A DNA stretch of 64,000 nucleotides from Gemmatimonadales bacterium (GCA_036499125.1 DASYEH010000014.1:53156-117155), one strand, 5' to 3'. Counted from the stretch's first letter, positions 43,015-53,584 are shown. Program-made: numbers and translations. The notes: a model not told the origin generated them from the sequence alone.

Positions 43015-44073
43015 ATGGACGTCCGACTCCGCCAGGCGTTGGCCCGGGCGGAGGAGGTCGCTCGGCAGCTTTCTGAGCCCGCCACTGCGGCGGATTCGGA
43101 TAAACTGAAGTTGCTCGGCCGCGAACATGCTCGGCTCACGCCGATCGTGCGCGCGGCCGAGTCGCTTGCGCGCCTGGAAGCCGAACGCGATGGCGCGCTG
43201 GAGATGTTGCAGTCGGGTGATCCTGAGATGGTCGCCATGGCCGAGGACGAGTTGCCGCGACTGCACGCGGCGATCGCCCCGCTCGAGTCTGCCATCGCCG
43301 AGTTGCTCGTGCCGCCCGATCCGCATGACGACCGCGACGTGATTGTCGAAATCCGGGCCGGCACCGGCGGTGATGAAGCCGGTCTCTTTGCCGCGGACCT
43401 GCTGCGGATGTACACGCGTTTCGCTGAGCGGCGTGGCTTGCGCGTCGAGCCGATTGACGTGCAGTCGGGGACGCTGGGCGGCGTGCGCGAGGCGATCGTC
43501 GCGATCCGCGGCCCGGGAGCGTTCGGGCTGTTGCGGCGTGAATCGGGGGTGCATCGCGTGCAGCGCGTGCCCGCGACCGAAACGCAGGGGCGGATTCACA
43601 CCTCGGCGGCGACGGTCGCGGCACTCCCTGAAGCTGAAGAGGTTGACGTCAAGATCGATCCACAGGATTTGCGGATCGATGTCTTCCGCTCATCGGGGCC
43701 GGGCGGGCAGAGTGTCAACACGACCGATTCGGCGGTGCGGATCACTCACTTGCCAACCGGCCTTGTGGTGTCGCAGCAGGACCAGAAGTCGCAGTTGCAG
43801 AACAAGCTGAAGGGGATGGAAGTGTTGCGGGCGCGGCTGCTCGATCGAATGATCGCGGAGCAGGAAGCGTCGCGGTCGGCGGAGCGGCGGGCGCAGGTTG
43901 GTACCGGCGATCGATCGGCCAAGATCCGCACCTACAACTATCCCCAGAGTCGGGTCACCGATCATCGGATCAACATGTCGGTCCACAACCTTGCGGATGT
44001 GGTCGATGGCAAGCTTGACGAGCTCGTCGATGCCTTACGCCTGGCCGCCCGTGAGGAGGGCCAGCGTGGTTGA
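43015..44073 (+). CDS. prfA: Peptide chain release factor 1
   Basis: RVPATETQGRIHTS (PxT tripeptide, RF1-type) and RSSGPGGQSVNTTDSAVRITHLPTG. Confidence 0.95.
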   Translation: MDVRLRQALARAEEVARQLSEPATAADSDKLKLLGREHARLTPIVRAAESLARLEAERDGALEMLQSGDPEMVAMAEDELPRLHAAIAPLESAIAELLVPPDPHDDRDVIVEIRAGTGGDEAGLFAADLLRMYTRFAERRGLRVEPIDVQSGTLGGVREAIVAIRGPGAFGLLRRESGVHRVQRVPATETQGRIHTSAATVAALPEAEEVDVKIDPQDLRIDVFRSSGPGGQSVNTTDSAVRITHLPTGLVVSQQDQKSQLQNKLKGMEVLRARLLDRMIAEQEASRSAERRAQVGTGDRSAKIRTYNYPQSRVTDHRINMSVHNLADVVDGKLDELVDALRLAAREEGQRG

Positions 44074-44911
44074 TGCGCCGCTGCGGCGCGATGACCTGAT
44101 CGAAGCGGCTGGGCGCCGGCTCCGCGAGGCGGGCGCCAGCGAGCCGCGGCGTGAGGCCCGGCGGATCTGGACCGATCTGCGGCCGGCCAGCCACGATCCG
44201 GTCGTGTCGACAACGGTCGCGCCAGACGTCGCCGCCAGGTATGACGCGGCCGTTGAGCGCCGGGCCGCCGGAGAACCACTGGCTTACGTGACGGGCTGGA
44301 CCGGGTTCCGGCACCTCACGCTGGCTTCGGATGGTCGGGCGTTGATCCCGCGTCCCGAGACGGAAGGACTGGTTGAGGCGGCCCTGGCCCGCGCGCGTTG
44401 CGGCGTGGCGGCGGATGTGGGGACCGGGACCGGGGCGATCGCCCTGTCGCTGGCTCATGAGGGGAGCTTTATCCGGGTGATCGGTACCGATCTCTCGGCA
44501 GACGCGCTGGCGCTGGCCCGCTCAAATGGCGAGGCGACCGGGCTGGCAGTGGATTGGCGGTTGGGTGACTTGCTCGCGCCCCTGGCAGGGGAACGACTCG
44601 ACCTGTTGGTGTCGAATCCACCGTACCTGACCGCAGACGAGTATGCCGGTCTCGACGCTTCGGTGCGAGATTACGAGCCCGCGCTGGCGCTCGCGTCGGG
44701 AGTGGATGGCCTGGACGCGACTCGGCGCCTGCTGGATGGCGCGCCCGCGCTGATGGCCAACGACGGCTGGCTGGCGATGGAGATTGATAGTCGTCGCGGG
44801 GCGGCATCGGCGGCCTGTGCCGCCGCTGCTGGCTGGAGCGACGTGATAGTGCAGGATGACCTGTTCGGCCGGGCGCGCTACCTGCTCGCACGGCATCGGA
44901 GACCGGAATGA
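44066..44911 (+). CDS. prmC: Release-factor glutamine N5-methyltransferase
   Basis: GTG at 44066 (8-nt overlap with prfA). DVGTGTGAIALSLA and LLVSNPPYL motifs. Confidence 0.85.
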   Translation: MVDAPLRRDDLIEAAGRRLREAGASEPRREARRIWTDLRPASHDPVVSTTVAPDVAARYDAAVERRAAGEPLAYVTGWTGFRHLTLASDGRALIPRPETEGLVEAALARARCGVAADVGTGTGAIALSLAHEGSFIRVIGTDLSADALALARSNGEATGLAVDWRLGDLLAPLAGERLDLLVSNPPYLTADEYAGLDASVRDYEPALALASGVDGLDATRRLLDGAPALMANDGWLAMEIDSRRGAASAACAAAAGWSDVIVQDDLFGRARYLLARHRRPE

Positions 44912-45258
44912 TTGATGACAAGGCGCAGGAGCTTGGCCGGTTGATTGGCCAGGCCCCTGAATACCAGGCCCTTCGCCGCGCAGAGCAGGCGCTGCGCGAT
45001 GACCCCGAAGCGCAGAAGCGGCTGGAAGTCATTTCCCGCCTCACGCGTGAGTTCGACCAGATGATCGCCCAGGGGCAATCGCCGGAGGAGGCGAAGGCAC
45101 AGGAGTATGAGTCGACCTTGCACGACTTCGAGGCGTCGCCGATCGGGCAGGCCTATCTGGTCACGCGTGCGAACGTCGACAAGCTGATGACGCGCGTCAA
45201 CCAGATGATCGGTGAGGGGATGGAGCGCGGAGCCACGAGCGGGATCATCACGCTCTGA
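44908..45258 (+). CDS. YlbF/YmcA-like (UPF0342) protein
   Basis: All-helical 116 aa. AQELGRLIGQAPEYQALRRAEQALRDDPEAQKRL resembles the YlbF family. ATGA overlap with prmC. Confidence 0.5.
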   Translation: MIDDKAQELGRLIGQAPEYQALRRAEQALRDDPEAQKRLEVISRLTREFDQMIAQGQSPEEAKAQEYESTLHDFEASPIGQAYLVTRANVDKLMTRVNQMIGEGMERGATSGIITL

Positions 45259-45899
45259 TGTCGGCCGGCTTCTTCCTGGTGCTCGAAGGACCTGAGGCGG
45301 CGGGAAAGTCGACGCTGGCCAGGGCCCTGGTGCAGCGATTCGAAGCCCAGGGCGAGCCGCCGTTGCTGGTACGTGAGCCTGGCGGGACGCCGGTCGCGGA
45401 GGCACTGCGCAAGGAGCTGCTCGACGCGGAGCGCAACTTCGCGCCCGAGATGGAACTGCTCTACATGACGACTGCGCGCGCCGATCTGGTGGCTCGTGTG
45501 ATTCGCCCGGCGCTGGCGGCGGGGCGGGTCGTCATTTCCGATCGGTACGACCTGTCGACCCTCGCCTATCAGGGTGCCGGTCGCGGGCTGCCGCCGGAAC
45601 AGGTGCGCTGGGTGAATCGTGCTGCCACTGGTGGCCTGTTGCCCGACCTGACCCTGGTGCTGGACGTCGATCCCGCGCTCGCCCGTGCGCGGCAGGTCAG
45701 CGCGGGGAAAGGGCTGGACCGGATGGAGCGCGAGCCCGCCGATTTTCATGCCCGCGTTGCTGCGGCATATCGCCAGGCGTCAGGTCCGGGGATTCATCAT
45801 ATTGCGGCGGACAGTTCGATGGATCAGGTCCTGGACGCGGCCTGGCCGGTGGTGGTCAAGGCGCGAGCCGCGACCGTTACATCTTCGGGGGTTCGATGA
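45258..45899 (+). CDS. tmk: dTMP (thymidylate) kinase
   Basis: FFLVLEGPEAAGKSTL (P-loop), VREPGGTP, ISDRYDLSTLAYQG. Confidence 0.9.
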   Translation: MSAGFFLVLEGPEAAGKSTLARALVQRFEAQGEPPLLVREPGGTPVAEALRKELLDAERNFAPEMELLYMTTARADLVARVIRPALAAGRVVISDRYDLSTLAYQGAGRGLPPEQVRWVNRAATGGLLPDLTLVLDVDPALARARQVSAGKGLDRMEREPADFHARVAAAYRQASGPGIHHIAADSSMDQVLDAAWPVVVKARAATVTSSGVR

Positions 45900-47497
45900 A
45901 GCAGCGCTGGGGTCTGATCGTACTGGTAGCCATCGTGTCCTTCCTGAGCGGAGGCTACCTGCTCCGGAGCGCGCGTAACCGCCCCGCACTCCAGGGCTCT
46001 GACCTGATGCAGACTGTGCTGCAGTACATGAGCAAGTACTACGTCGATTCGTTGCCGCCTGACAGCATTTATGACATTGCCGCCGCCGGTGCAGTCAAGG
46101 GACTCAACGACCCGTATTCGTCGCTGGAAGTGGACGAGGACTACCGTGCGCTGAGCGAAGTGACCAGCGGTAACTACGGCGGTCTCGGGATGCAGATCGA
46201 CGTGCGTGATGGCTGGATCACCGTGGTTGCGCCGCTGCCGCAAACACCGGCAGAACGGGCTGGCGTGCAGGCTGGCGACCAGATCATCGACGTCAACGGC
46301 AAGTCGACCCAGGGGCTATCGCAGGAAAAGGCGGTATCGACGCTGCGAGGCGACGTCGGCACCAAGGCAGAGCTGCAGATCCGCCGACCGGGTGCGCCCG
46401 CGCTGCTGCATTTTTCGCTCACCCGCGAAACGATTCACAACCGTTCCACCCAGCCCGGAGCGATGCTGCCGGGCAGCATCGGCTACGTGGCGCTTTCGAC
46501 GGTCAGCGACAGTTCGGCCAGCGAAATCCGCAGCGAAGTCGATACGCTCCTGAAGCACGGCATGAAGGGGCTGATTCTCGACTTGCGCGAGAATCCCGGC
46601 GGGTTGCTGACGCAGGGTGTGTCGGTGTCCGATCTCTTCCTTGATCCGGCGCGCAAGATCGTGCAGACCAAGGGTCGCATGGCCGACATGAATCACGAGT
46701 TTGTCGACGGTGCGCCGCAGGCCTGGCCGCAGCTGCCGGTGATCGTGCTCGTCAACGAATACACGGCCAGCGCTGCCGAAATCATTGCTGGCGCGCTGCA
46801 GGACAACGATCGCGCTGTGATCGTCGGCACGCCGACGTTCGGCAAGGGCCTGGTGCAGACGCTCTGGTCGTTTGGCGACGGTCGCGGGCTCAAGCTGACG
46901 ACCGGCCGCTGGTACACGCCGAGCGGGCGGACCATCCAGCGTACTGCCAAGGGATATGTCGAGCAACAGAAGCTGGCGAATGCGGAGGCGAGCCGGACCG
47001 ATCGCCATTGGCTCGATTCGTTGCCATCGTTCAAGTCGGTGAGCGGGCGCACGGTCAAGGGCGGCGGCGGAATCGTGCCGGACCTGATCGTCCGGATCGA
47101 TACACTGAGTGGCGCGGCGCACGACTTCGCCATGGGGATTGGCGCAAATGTGTCGGCCTTCCGCGACGCCCTGGTGGCCGAAGCGCTCGACGTCAAGGAG
47201 AAGAAGCTGGTCACGTCGCCGGACTTCCTGGTAACACCGGCGATGCGACAGAGCGTCCTCGATCGGCTGAAGGCGAAGAGCGTGACGCTGACCCCCGAGC
47301 AGGTTGCTGGTGGCACGCTGGTACTCGACCAGCAGTTGTCATACGAAATCGAGCGTTACGTCTTTGGCCGCTCGGCTGAGCTTGAGCGCCGGACCAGTAA
47401 CGATGCGCAGGTGCAGGCCGCGCTAGGGTTGTTCGCCAAGGGCACGACGCAGGCAGCGCTGCTGGCACAGGTCGCCGGGGGGCCGTCGCTGCAGTGA
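45896..47497 (+). CDS. S41-family C-terminal processing peptidase (second paralogue)
   Basis: NYGGLGMQIDVRDGWITVVAPLPQTPAERAGVQAGDQIIDVNG. ILDLRENPGGLL. SAAEIIAGALQDNDRAVIVGTPTFGKGLVQ. Confidence 0.9.
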   Translation: MKQRWGLIVLVAIVSFLSGGYLLRSARNRPALQGSDLMQTVLQYMSKYYVDSLPPDSIYDIAAAGAVKGLNDPYSSLEVDEDYRALSEVTSGNYGGLGMQIDVRDGWITVVAPLPQTPAERAGVQAGDQIIDVNGKSTQGLSQEKAVSTLRGDVGTKAELQIRRPGAPALLHFSLTRETIHNRSTQPGAMLPGSIGYVALSTVSDSSASEIRSEVDTLLKHGMKGLILDLRENPGGLLTQGVSVSDLFLDPARKIVQTKGRMADMNHEFVDGAPQAWPQLPVIVLVNEYTASAAEIIAGALQDNDRAVIVGTPTFGKGLVQTLWSFGDGRGLKLTTGRWYTPSGRTIQRTAKGYVEQQKLANAEASRTDRHWLDSLPSFKSVSGRTVKGGGGIVPDLIVRIDTLSGAAHDFAMGIGANVSAFRDALVAEALDVKEKKLVTSPDFLVTPAMRQSVLDRLKAKSVTLTPEQVAGGTLVLDQQLSYEIERYVFGRSAELERRTSNDAQVQAALGLFAKGTTQAALLAQVAGGPSLQ

Positions 47498-48300
47498 CCC
47501 AGCGCCGAGTGGCGGTCATCGGGCGGGGGCGCGTGGGACGATCGTTCGCACGCGCCCTCGCGCGCGTCGAGGCTGACGTGACGCTGTGGCCCGGGCGCGG
47601 TCCCTGGCTTGCGGGTGCTGGCATGGTCGGGTTGATGATCATCGCCGTGCCGGACGATGCAATAGCTGGCGTCGCGGCGGCGCTGGCTGGGAGTGGCGCC
47701 GTCACCCCCGACACGGTCGTGCTGCACACCTCCGGCCTGCGGGATCGCTCTGCGCTGCGGGGACTGGATGCCACCGGTGCCGCGCTCGGTTCCTTCCATC
47801 CATTGCAAACCTTCGCCGACGCTGACGGTGATCCCGACGCACTCTGTGCAGCACCCGCTGTCATCGAAGGGGACGCGCGCGCACTGGTTGCGGCTCGCGA
47901 ACTGGCGGTCGTGCTTGGCATGGATCGGGTCGTGGAGATCGCGGGTGATCGCAAGCCGCTCTATCATGCCGGGGCCGTGTTCGCGTCCAATTACCTGGTG
48001 GGCCTGGCAGATATTGCCGTTCGGCTGATGCACGAGGCCGGGATTGCCAACGCCGACGTGGAGCTCATCCTGCCACTGATGCGACAGACCCTCGACAACC
48101 TGCGCGACGGTCCGGCGGCTGCGCTGACCGGCCCGGTCCGGCGCGGCGATGCCGGGACCGTCACCGCGCACCTGGCGATGCTCGGCGAACCGGAGCGCAC
48201 GTTGTACCGGATGCTTGCGTTGCAGTCGTTGTATGTCGCGACAGCCGCCGGTGTACCAGCGGATCAGGTCCGTGCGATGGCCGACCTGCTCGACTACTGA
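47494..48300 (+). CDS. Rossmann-fold / DUF2520 domain protein
   Basis: VAVIGRGRVGRSFARAL, GSFHPLQTF, PLYHAGAVFASNYLVGL, LTGPVRRGD. Confidence 0.7.
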   Translation: MTQRRVAVIGRGRVGRSFARALARVEADVTLWPGRGPWLAGAGMVGLMIIAVPDDAIAGVAAALAGSGAVTPDTVVLHTSGLRDRSALRGLDATGAALGSFHPLQTFADADGDPDALCAAPAVIEGDARALVAARELAVVLGMDRVVEIAGDRKPLYHAGAVFASNYLVGLADIAVRLMHEAGIANADVELILPLMRQTLDNLRDGPAAALTGPVRRGDAGTVTAHLAMLGEPERTLYRMLALQSLYVATAAGVPADQVRAMADLLDY

Positions 48301-48959
48301 AGGACGACGGTCGTTCCCTTGGGCGGACTGCAGATGAAGGTCTGCGGCGGAAGTGACAAGTTGATCTGGATATTCTTGAGTTGCAGGATGCGCCGGTGAT
48401 CGCGCTGTTCCTCGATATCCAGTTTGCGGGGCAGGTTGCTCTCGCGGTCAAACCAGATGGTGGCGCTGCGGAAGGGCATATCGCTCGCTGTCGGTACCAT
48501 CGTCACGGCATCAGTCATGTGGCCGTCGATGGGCTCGGCGCGAACGTAGCTGATCCGGTACCGATCCGCAGCGTTGTCCAGGAACTCGCCGAGCAGGTTG
48601 GTCGCATAGGTCGGGTGATTCTGCAACGGATAGCCGATCACCTTGCCCGGTGCGGAACTCGGCAGGTACATCCAGAGTCGCGTGCCGTCGACGACAATGG
48701 CATCGCCCTTGGGATCGGTGAAGCGCATCGCGAAGTGATTCTTTCCCTCCTGATACAGCGTGCCATGACTCTCGGGAAGGTCGAGCATCCGGTCGTCGAA
48801 GTGCTGGGTAAAGTCCGCACGAAAGCTGCTGAGCACCTGGTAGGCGCCACTCGCGCGCTTCACCACTTGCACGCCAGGATCGACGGTCTGCGCCGAGAGG
48901 CCACCGACGCCGACGACGCCGCCGATCACCAGTAGCCAGCCAGCGTGCATCCGGATCAC
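48294..48959 (-). CDS. LolA-like outer-membrane lipoprotein carrier protein
   Basis: Signal peptide. [15 protein letters not shown]...[16 protein letters not shown]...GTRLWMYLP fits the LolA pattern. ATGA overlap with aroF. Confidence 0.7.
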   Translation of the reverse strand: MIRMHAGWLLVIGGVVGVGGLSAQTVDPGVQVVKRASGAYQVLSSFRADFTQHFDDRMLDLPESHGTLYQEGKNHFAMRFTDPKGDAIVVDGTRLWMYLPSSAPGKVIGYPLQNHPTYATNLLGEFLDNAADRYRISYVRAEPIDGHMTDAVTMVPTASDMPFRSATIWFDRESNLPRKLDIEEQRDHRRILQLKNIQINLSLPPQTFICSPPKGTTVVLQ

Positions 48960-49993
48960 GCCGTCATCCCGGCGGTCGCGACTGACCGACCGATTACCTC
49001 GGCGATGGCGGAGACTTCACGCATCACCCGCTCGAATTGCTCGGGAAAGAGACTCTGCGCGCCGTCCGACATGGCGCGTTCGGGGTTCGGATGTACCTCG
49101 ATCAGCAAGCCGTCCGCGCCGGCGGCCACGGCCGCGCGCGCCATTGGTGGCACCATGTCGCGATGCCCGGTGCCGTGACTCGGGTCAGCCACGATCGGCA
49201 GGTGCGAGAGCCCGTGGACGACCGCGATCGCTGCCAGATCGAAGAGATTGCGGGTCGTGGTATCGAAGGAGCGAATACCCCGTTCACAGAGGATGACGTT
49301 GGGGTTGCCCTCGGCCAGGATGTATTCGGCCGACAGCAGGAGCTCGGTAATTGTCGCCGCGAGACCGCGCTTGAGAAGGATCGGCTTGCGCAGCCGACCG
49401 CACTCCTTGAGCAGCGGATAGTTCTGCATGCTGCGCGCGCCCAGCTGGATGATGTCGGCCGTCTCGGCGACCATTGCGAGGCCTTCGGTGTCCATTGCCT
49501 CCGTAACAATCAGGAGGCCGGTTTCCTGACGCGCCATGGCGAGCAGCTCAAGGCCGCGCTGGCCCAGCCCCTGAAAGGAGTAGGGCGACGACCGCGGCTT
49601 GAACGCACCGGCGCGCAACACCGTCGCACCGGCCGCCTTGACGGCGCGCGCGGACGCGAGGATCTGTTCCTCGCTCTCGACCGAACAGGGGCCGGCCATG
49701 ACAATGATTTCCTGGCCACCGACGAAGGTGCCATCGGGAAGCGGCACCCGCGTGGGTTCGTTCTTCCACTCGCGCGACACCTGCTTGTAGGGCTTGGAAA
49801 CGTGGATGACCTCGGCGACGCCGGCCATCCCCTCGATGGTCGATGCGTCGACGCGCCCGTCGTTGCCAACCAGTCCAACCGTGGTGCGCTGGCGGCCGGG
49901 CATCGGCCGGGCTTCGTAGCCCATCGCGGCAATGGTGGCGACGACGCTGGCGATGTCGCCGTCGGTCGCGTCCTGCTTCATGACGATCAGCAT
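48956..49993 (-). CDS. aroF: 3-deoxy-7-phosphoheptulonate (DAHP) synthase, type I-beta with N-terminal regulatory domain
   Basis: [47 protein letters not shown]. The N-terminal ~70 aa is ACT/FL-like. Confidence 0.9.
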   Translation of the reverse strand: MLIVMKQDATDGDIASVVATIAAMGYEARPMPGRQRTTVGLVGNDGRVDASTIEGMAGVAEVIHVSKPYKQVSREWKNEPTRVPLPDGTFVGGQEIIVMAGPCSVESEEQILASARAVKAAGATVLRAGAFKPRSSPYSFQGLGQRGLELLAMARQETGLLIVTEAMDTEGLAMVAETADIIQLGARSMQNYPLLKECGRLRKPILLKRGLAATITELLLSAEYILAEGNPNVILCERGIRSFDTTTRNLFDLAAIAVVHGLSHLPIVADPSHGTGHRDMVPPMARAAVAAGADGLLIEVHPNPERAMSDGAQSLFPEQFERVMREVSAIAEVIGRSVATAGMTA

Positions 49994-50038
49994 GGGGGCA
50001 ATTTAGCTGGGCGAGCGAGGGAGGGATACTGGATGCGG

Positions 50039-50094
50039 GACATTGGACACTGGACACTGGATGCTGGACACTGGACGACGGACACCGGGGGCCC
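50039..50094. repeat. Heptanucleotide tandem array, about 8 units of CTGGAC(A/G)-type
   Basis: ctggatg cgggaca ttggaca ctggaca ctggatg ctggaca ctggacg acggaca. Lies in the 120-bp spacer between the smc stop (50114) and the aroF start (49993). Confidence 0.9.
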
Positions 50095-50113
50095 GGCGTC
50101 CGCCTGTGGCTTC

Positions 50114-53100
50114 CTAGTTGTGCTGCTCGGCGTGGTCGGCGATACGCACGCCGACGATGGTCGATACCCCGAGCTCCTGCATCGTCACGCCGTAGACGCT
50201 ATCGGCGGCCTGCATGGTGCGCGGGTTGTGGGTGATGACCAGGAACTGGGTCTGGTGCTTGAACTCCTCAAGCAGGAGGAGGAAGCGGCCGACGTTCGCG
50301 TCATCGAGTGGTGCGTCGACTTCGTCCATGAGACAGAACGGGCTTGGCTTGGTCAGGTAGATCGAGAAGAGCAGTGACACCGCGACCAGTGTGCGCTCAC
50401 CCGACGAGAGCAGGTGAATGCGTTGCGTCTTCTTGCCGCGCGGTGCTGCCTGGATCTCGATTTCGGATTCGAGCGGATCGTCGGGGTTGGCCAGGCGCAA
50501 CTCGCACTCGCCGCCGCCGAAGAGGGTCTGAAAGACCTTGACGAAGTTGGCGCTGACCGCATCGAAGGTGGTGAGGAAGAGTTCGCGGGCGGTGCCGTCG
50601 ATCTCCTTGATCGCCTGCAGCAATGACTGGCGAGCGGCGACGAGATCATCGCGTTGGGCCTGGAGAAATGCCAGCCGCTTGCTCTCCTCGGCGTGTTCCT
50701 CGACGGCGAGCGCATTGACCGGTCCGATCGATTCCAGCGCGTCAGCAATCCGCAGTGCTTCGGCTTCGAGCGTGTCGAGATCGAGGTCGAGCATCACCGC
50801 CACTTCGAGCAGCGCGTCAAAGGGACGCTTCCATTCTGCCTCGACGCGCTCGACGATGCGGCGACGCTGGGCAGTGGTCTCGGCGACATCAAGCTCGAGA
50901 CGGTGATGCTCTTCGCTCATTGCGTCCGTTACGCGCCGGCACTCGGTCAGCTCGGCCTCGTGGCTGGCGAGCGCCACTTCGGCTTCGGCCAGCGCGGTAT
51001 CGGCCGCGAGCGATGCCGCTTCGAGGGCACCGGCCTGTTGGCGGTGTTCGTCGAGTGTCGCCTGCCACTGCTGCCGTTGCTGTTCGATCAGCGCCGTGTC
51101 GGTGTCGAGCTGGGCAATCTCCTCGGCGCGTGCCCGGCCTGCGGCTGTCGCATCGCGAATGACCTGTTCGCTCCGGTCGATCGCCGTACGCGCGGCGCGA
51201 AGGCGGGCGCTGATATGTGCTTCCTGTACCTGCCACTGGGAACGTGCGTCGCGAGCCTGCTCCTGCTCGAGGTCGAGTGCAGTCAGCGCACCGCGCGCGT
51301 CGCCCAATGCCCGGTCGAGCTCACCCCGCTCGATTCCGCCGGCGGCGACGGATGCCTCCAGTTCAGCGTGACGGACCTCGGCGCGGCCGAGCCGCTCGTT
51401 GAGCCGCTCAAGCTGCGTCCCGGATTCGGCAAGTTCGCGGTCGAAGTTGGCGACCTGGCGGGCAGCATCTTCGCGGGCCGCAACGGCCTGGCGCTCGATT
51501 TCGCGGGCGTGATCCGCGTGCTGCTGGGCCTCGGTCGCTGCCGCTTCGCAGGCGGCGAGTTCGGTCGCCGTCTCACCACGTCGTTGCTGGGCGGTCGCGA
51601 GCGAGGCGTTGGCCTGCTCGATCCGGGTGGCGAGCGACTTGATCTCAGCCCGGCGACGAATCGGACCGGCGGAGGTTGATGGACCAGTGAGATAGACGGC
51701 GCCGTTGGCATGGCGAAGCGCGTGACCGCTCTGCTCAAGCACTTCCGAACCACCGACCAGCGCGCTGAGCCAATCTGCGGCCACCGGATCAATCCGGAGG
51801 CGGCCATCAACGGCACCGGCGCGCGCGGCAGGGCCGGGATCGAGCGGCAACAAGATCAGTGCGCCCGGCTGCTCGGTCTCGTGCCACCGTTGGACTGCGG
51901 CGACGGTGGCAGCGTCGCGCACCAGGACGGCGTGCACGTATTCGCCAAGAATCTGCTCGGCAAGCTCGGCCTGTTCGCCGTCGCTCGAGACGAAATCGCT
52001 GAGCGGACCGAGGACCTTGCCGCCGAACTGGTCACGGTGAGCGAGCAGCGCTGCCGCAGCTGGCGCCAAGCCGACCCGGTCGCGTTCGAGCCCCTCGAGC
52101 GCGGTACTGCGCGCGGTGAGGACGGCGACGTCCTGCTCACGGGCGCGCTGGTCGGCAACTTCGCCAGCCTCTCGTTCACGGGTGACGCGTAACCGGTGCC
52201 GTGCAGCCTCGGCGTCGTCGCCACGGGCACGGGTATCGGTACCCAACTGTTGAGCCACGGCGGCAAACTCGGTCAGCCGTTCACCAGCACCCCGTCGCTC
52301 ATCACCAAGTTCAGTGCGATGGACGGTGGCTTCGCCGATCCGCTCGCGCAGCGAGGAAATCTCGCCGGCCAGCGCGTTGCGTTCGCCTTCCCAGGTGCGC
52401 AACTGCTCGGCGGCGCGTTGCAGCTCATGCTCGAGGCGGCGGACATCATCGCGTCCCGCGACGAGGCGGCCGCGCACCAGTTCTTCAGCCTCGGCCCGGG
52501 CCGACAGCTCGGCCTGCACGCCGATGTGCTCGGCCTCGGCGACGCGGAACTCTTCGCGGCTGCTGTCGAGCTCACTGCCAGCGTGCTGGAGGCGGATCTC
52601 GAGATCGCCGCGCTCTTCGGTGGCGCGCCGACGCCGTTCACCAGCGTTGGCCAGTCGTTCAGCTGCGACCGCGAGGTCGCCTTCGAGCCGTCCAACTGTC
52701 ACGCGGAGGCGGCCGAGTTCGTCCGCCACCGTCGCACGATGCCGCTCGGCGGCGTTGCGCTGGTGCACGGCTTCTTCGCGGGTAGCCTCGATGCCGACCA
52801 GCCGCTCGCGATGCTGCGGGAGTAGCGCCGTGAGTTCTCCGTGGCGCTGCTCAAAGGTCTCAGCATCCTGGGCGAGTTGCTCCAGGCGGCGCTTGGCCAG
52901 CGTCAGCGTGACGGCAAACTTCTCTTCGCTGAGAGCGCCATGCCGTTCGGTCTTGCCCTTCTGCCGGGCGAGCGAGCGAATCTGCGAGGCCACTTCCGCA
53001 ATCAGGTCTTCGAGACGCTGCAGGTCGGCGGCGGTCTCTTCCAGGCGGCGCGTCGTGGTGTGGCGACGATCACGATAGAGACCGACGCCCGCTGCTTCCT

Positions 53101-53584
53101 CGAAGAGCGAGCGACGTTCGTCGGCGCGATCGGAAAGCAGCAGGTCGATCATCTTCGCTTCGATCACGACGCCGGCATCGCCACCGAGACCAGTGCCACG
53201 CAGCAGGTCCTGCACGTCGCGGAGCCGGGCAGGCGCATTGTTGAGCAGGTAGTCGCTCTGCCCGGAGCGCGAGAGGCGCCGGGTGATCACGACTTCGGTG
53301 TAGGGCGTGGGAAGCTGACCGTCGCTGTTGTCGAGAAAGAGCGAGACCTCGGTGACGTTGACGGGCCGACGGCTGGCGGCGCCCTGGAAGATGACGTCTT
53401 CCATCTTGCCGCCGCGGAGCAGGCGCGCCGACTGCTCGCCGAGGACCCAGCGCACGGCATCGGACACGTTGGACTTGCCGCAGCCGTTGGGCCCGACGAT
53501 AGCGGTGACACCCTCTTCGAAGGTCAGGGTGACGGTGTCTGCAAACGACTTGAAGCCGGAAAGTTCCAGCCGGGTGAGCTTCAT
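50114..53584 (-). CDS. smc: Chromosome segregation protein SMC
   Basis: MKLTRLELSGFKSFADTVTLTFEEGVTAIVGPNGCGKSNVSDAVRWVLGEQS. Long coiled coils. C-terminal LSSGERTLVAVSLLFSI...FCLMDEVDAPLD. Confidence 0.95.
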   Translation of the reverse strand: MKLTRLELSGFKSFADTVTLTFEEGVTAIVGPNGCGKSNVSDAVRWVLGEQSARLLRGGKMEDVIFQGAASRRPVNVTEVSLFLDNSDGQLPTPYTEVVITRRLSRSGQSDYLLNNAPARLRDVQDLLRGTGLGGDAGVVIEAKMIDLLLSDRADERRSLFEEAAGVGLYRDRRHTTTRRLEETAADLQRLEDLIAEVASQIRSLARQKGKTERHGALSEEKFAVTLTLAKRRLEQLAQDAETFEQRHGELTALLPQHRERLVGIEATREEAVHQRNAAERHRATVADELGRLRVTVGRLEGDLAVAAERLANAGERRRRATEERGDLEIRLQHAGSELDSSREEFRVAEAEHIGVQAELSARAEAEELVRGRLVAGRDDVRRLEHELQRAAEQLRTWEGERNALAGEISSLRERIGEATVHRTELGDERRGAGERLTEFAAVAQQLGTDTRARGDDAEAARHRLRVTREREAGEVADQRAREQDVAVLTARSTALEGLERDRVGLAPAAAALLAHRDQFGGKVLGPLSDFVSSDGEQAELAEQILGEYVHAVLVRDAATVAAVQRWHETEQPGALILLPLDPGPAARAGAVDGRLRIDPVAADWLSALVGGSEVLEQSGHALRHANGAVYLTGPSTSAGPIRRRAEIKSLATRIEQANASLATAQQRRGETATELAACEAAATEAQQHADHAREIERQAVAAREDAARQVANFDRELAESGTQLERLNERLGRAEVRHAELEASVAAGGIERGELDRALGDARGALTALDLEQEQARDARSQWQVQEAHISARLRAARTAIDRSEQVIRDATAAGRARAEEIAQLDTDTALIEQQRQQWQATLDEHRQQAGALEAASLAADTALAEAEVALASHEAELTECRRVTDAMSEEHHRLELDVAETTAQRRRIVERVEAEWKRPFDALLEVAVMLDLDLDTLEAEALRIADALESIGPVNALAVEEHAEESKRLAFLQAQRDDLVAARQSLLQAIKEIDGTARELFLTTFDAVSANFVKVFQTLFGGGECELRLANPDDPLESEIEIQAAPRGKKTQRIHLLSSGERTLVAVSLLFSIYLTKPSPFCLMDEVDAPLDDANVGRFLLLLEEFKHQTQFLVITHNPRTMQAADSVYGVTMQELGVSTIVGVRIADHAEQHN

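Noticed and set aside
43015-44073. Possibility of a programmed +1 frameshift, as in prfB.
   Set aside because: The protein is RF1 (PAT tripeptide) and is encoded in a single uninterrupted frame. The frameshift is a feature of RF2 genes only.
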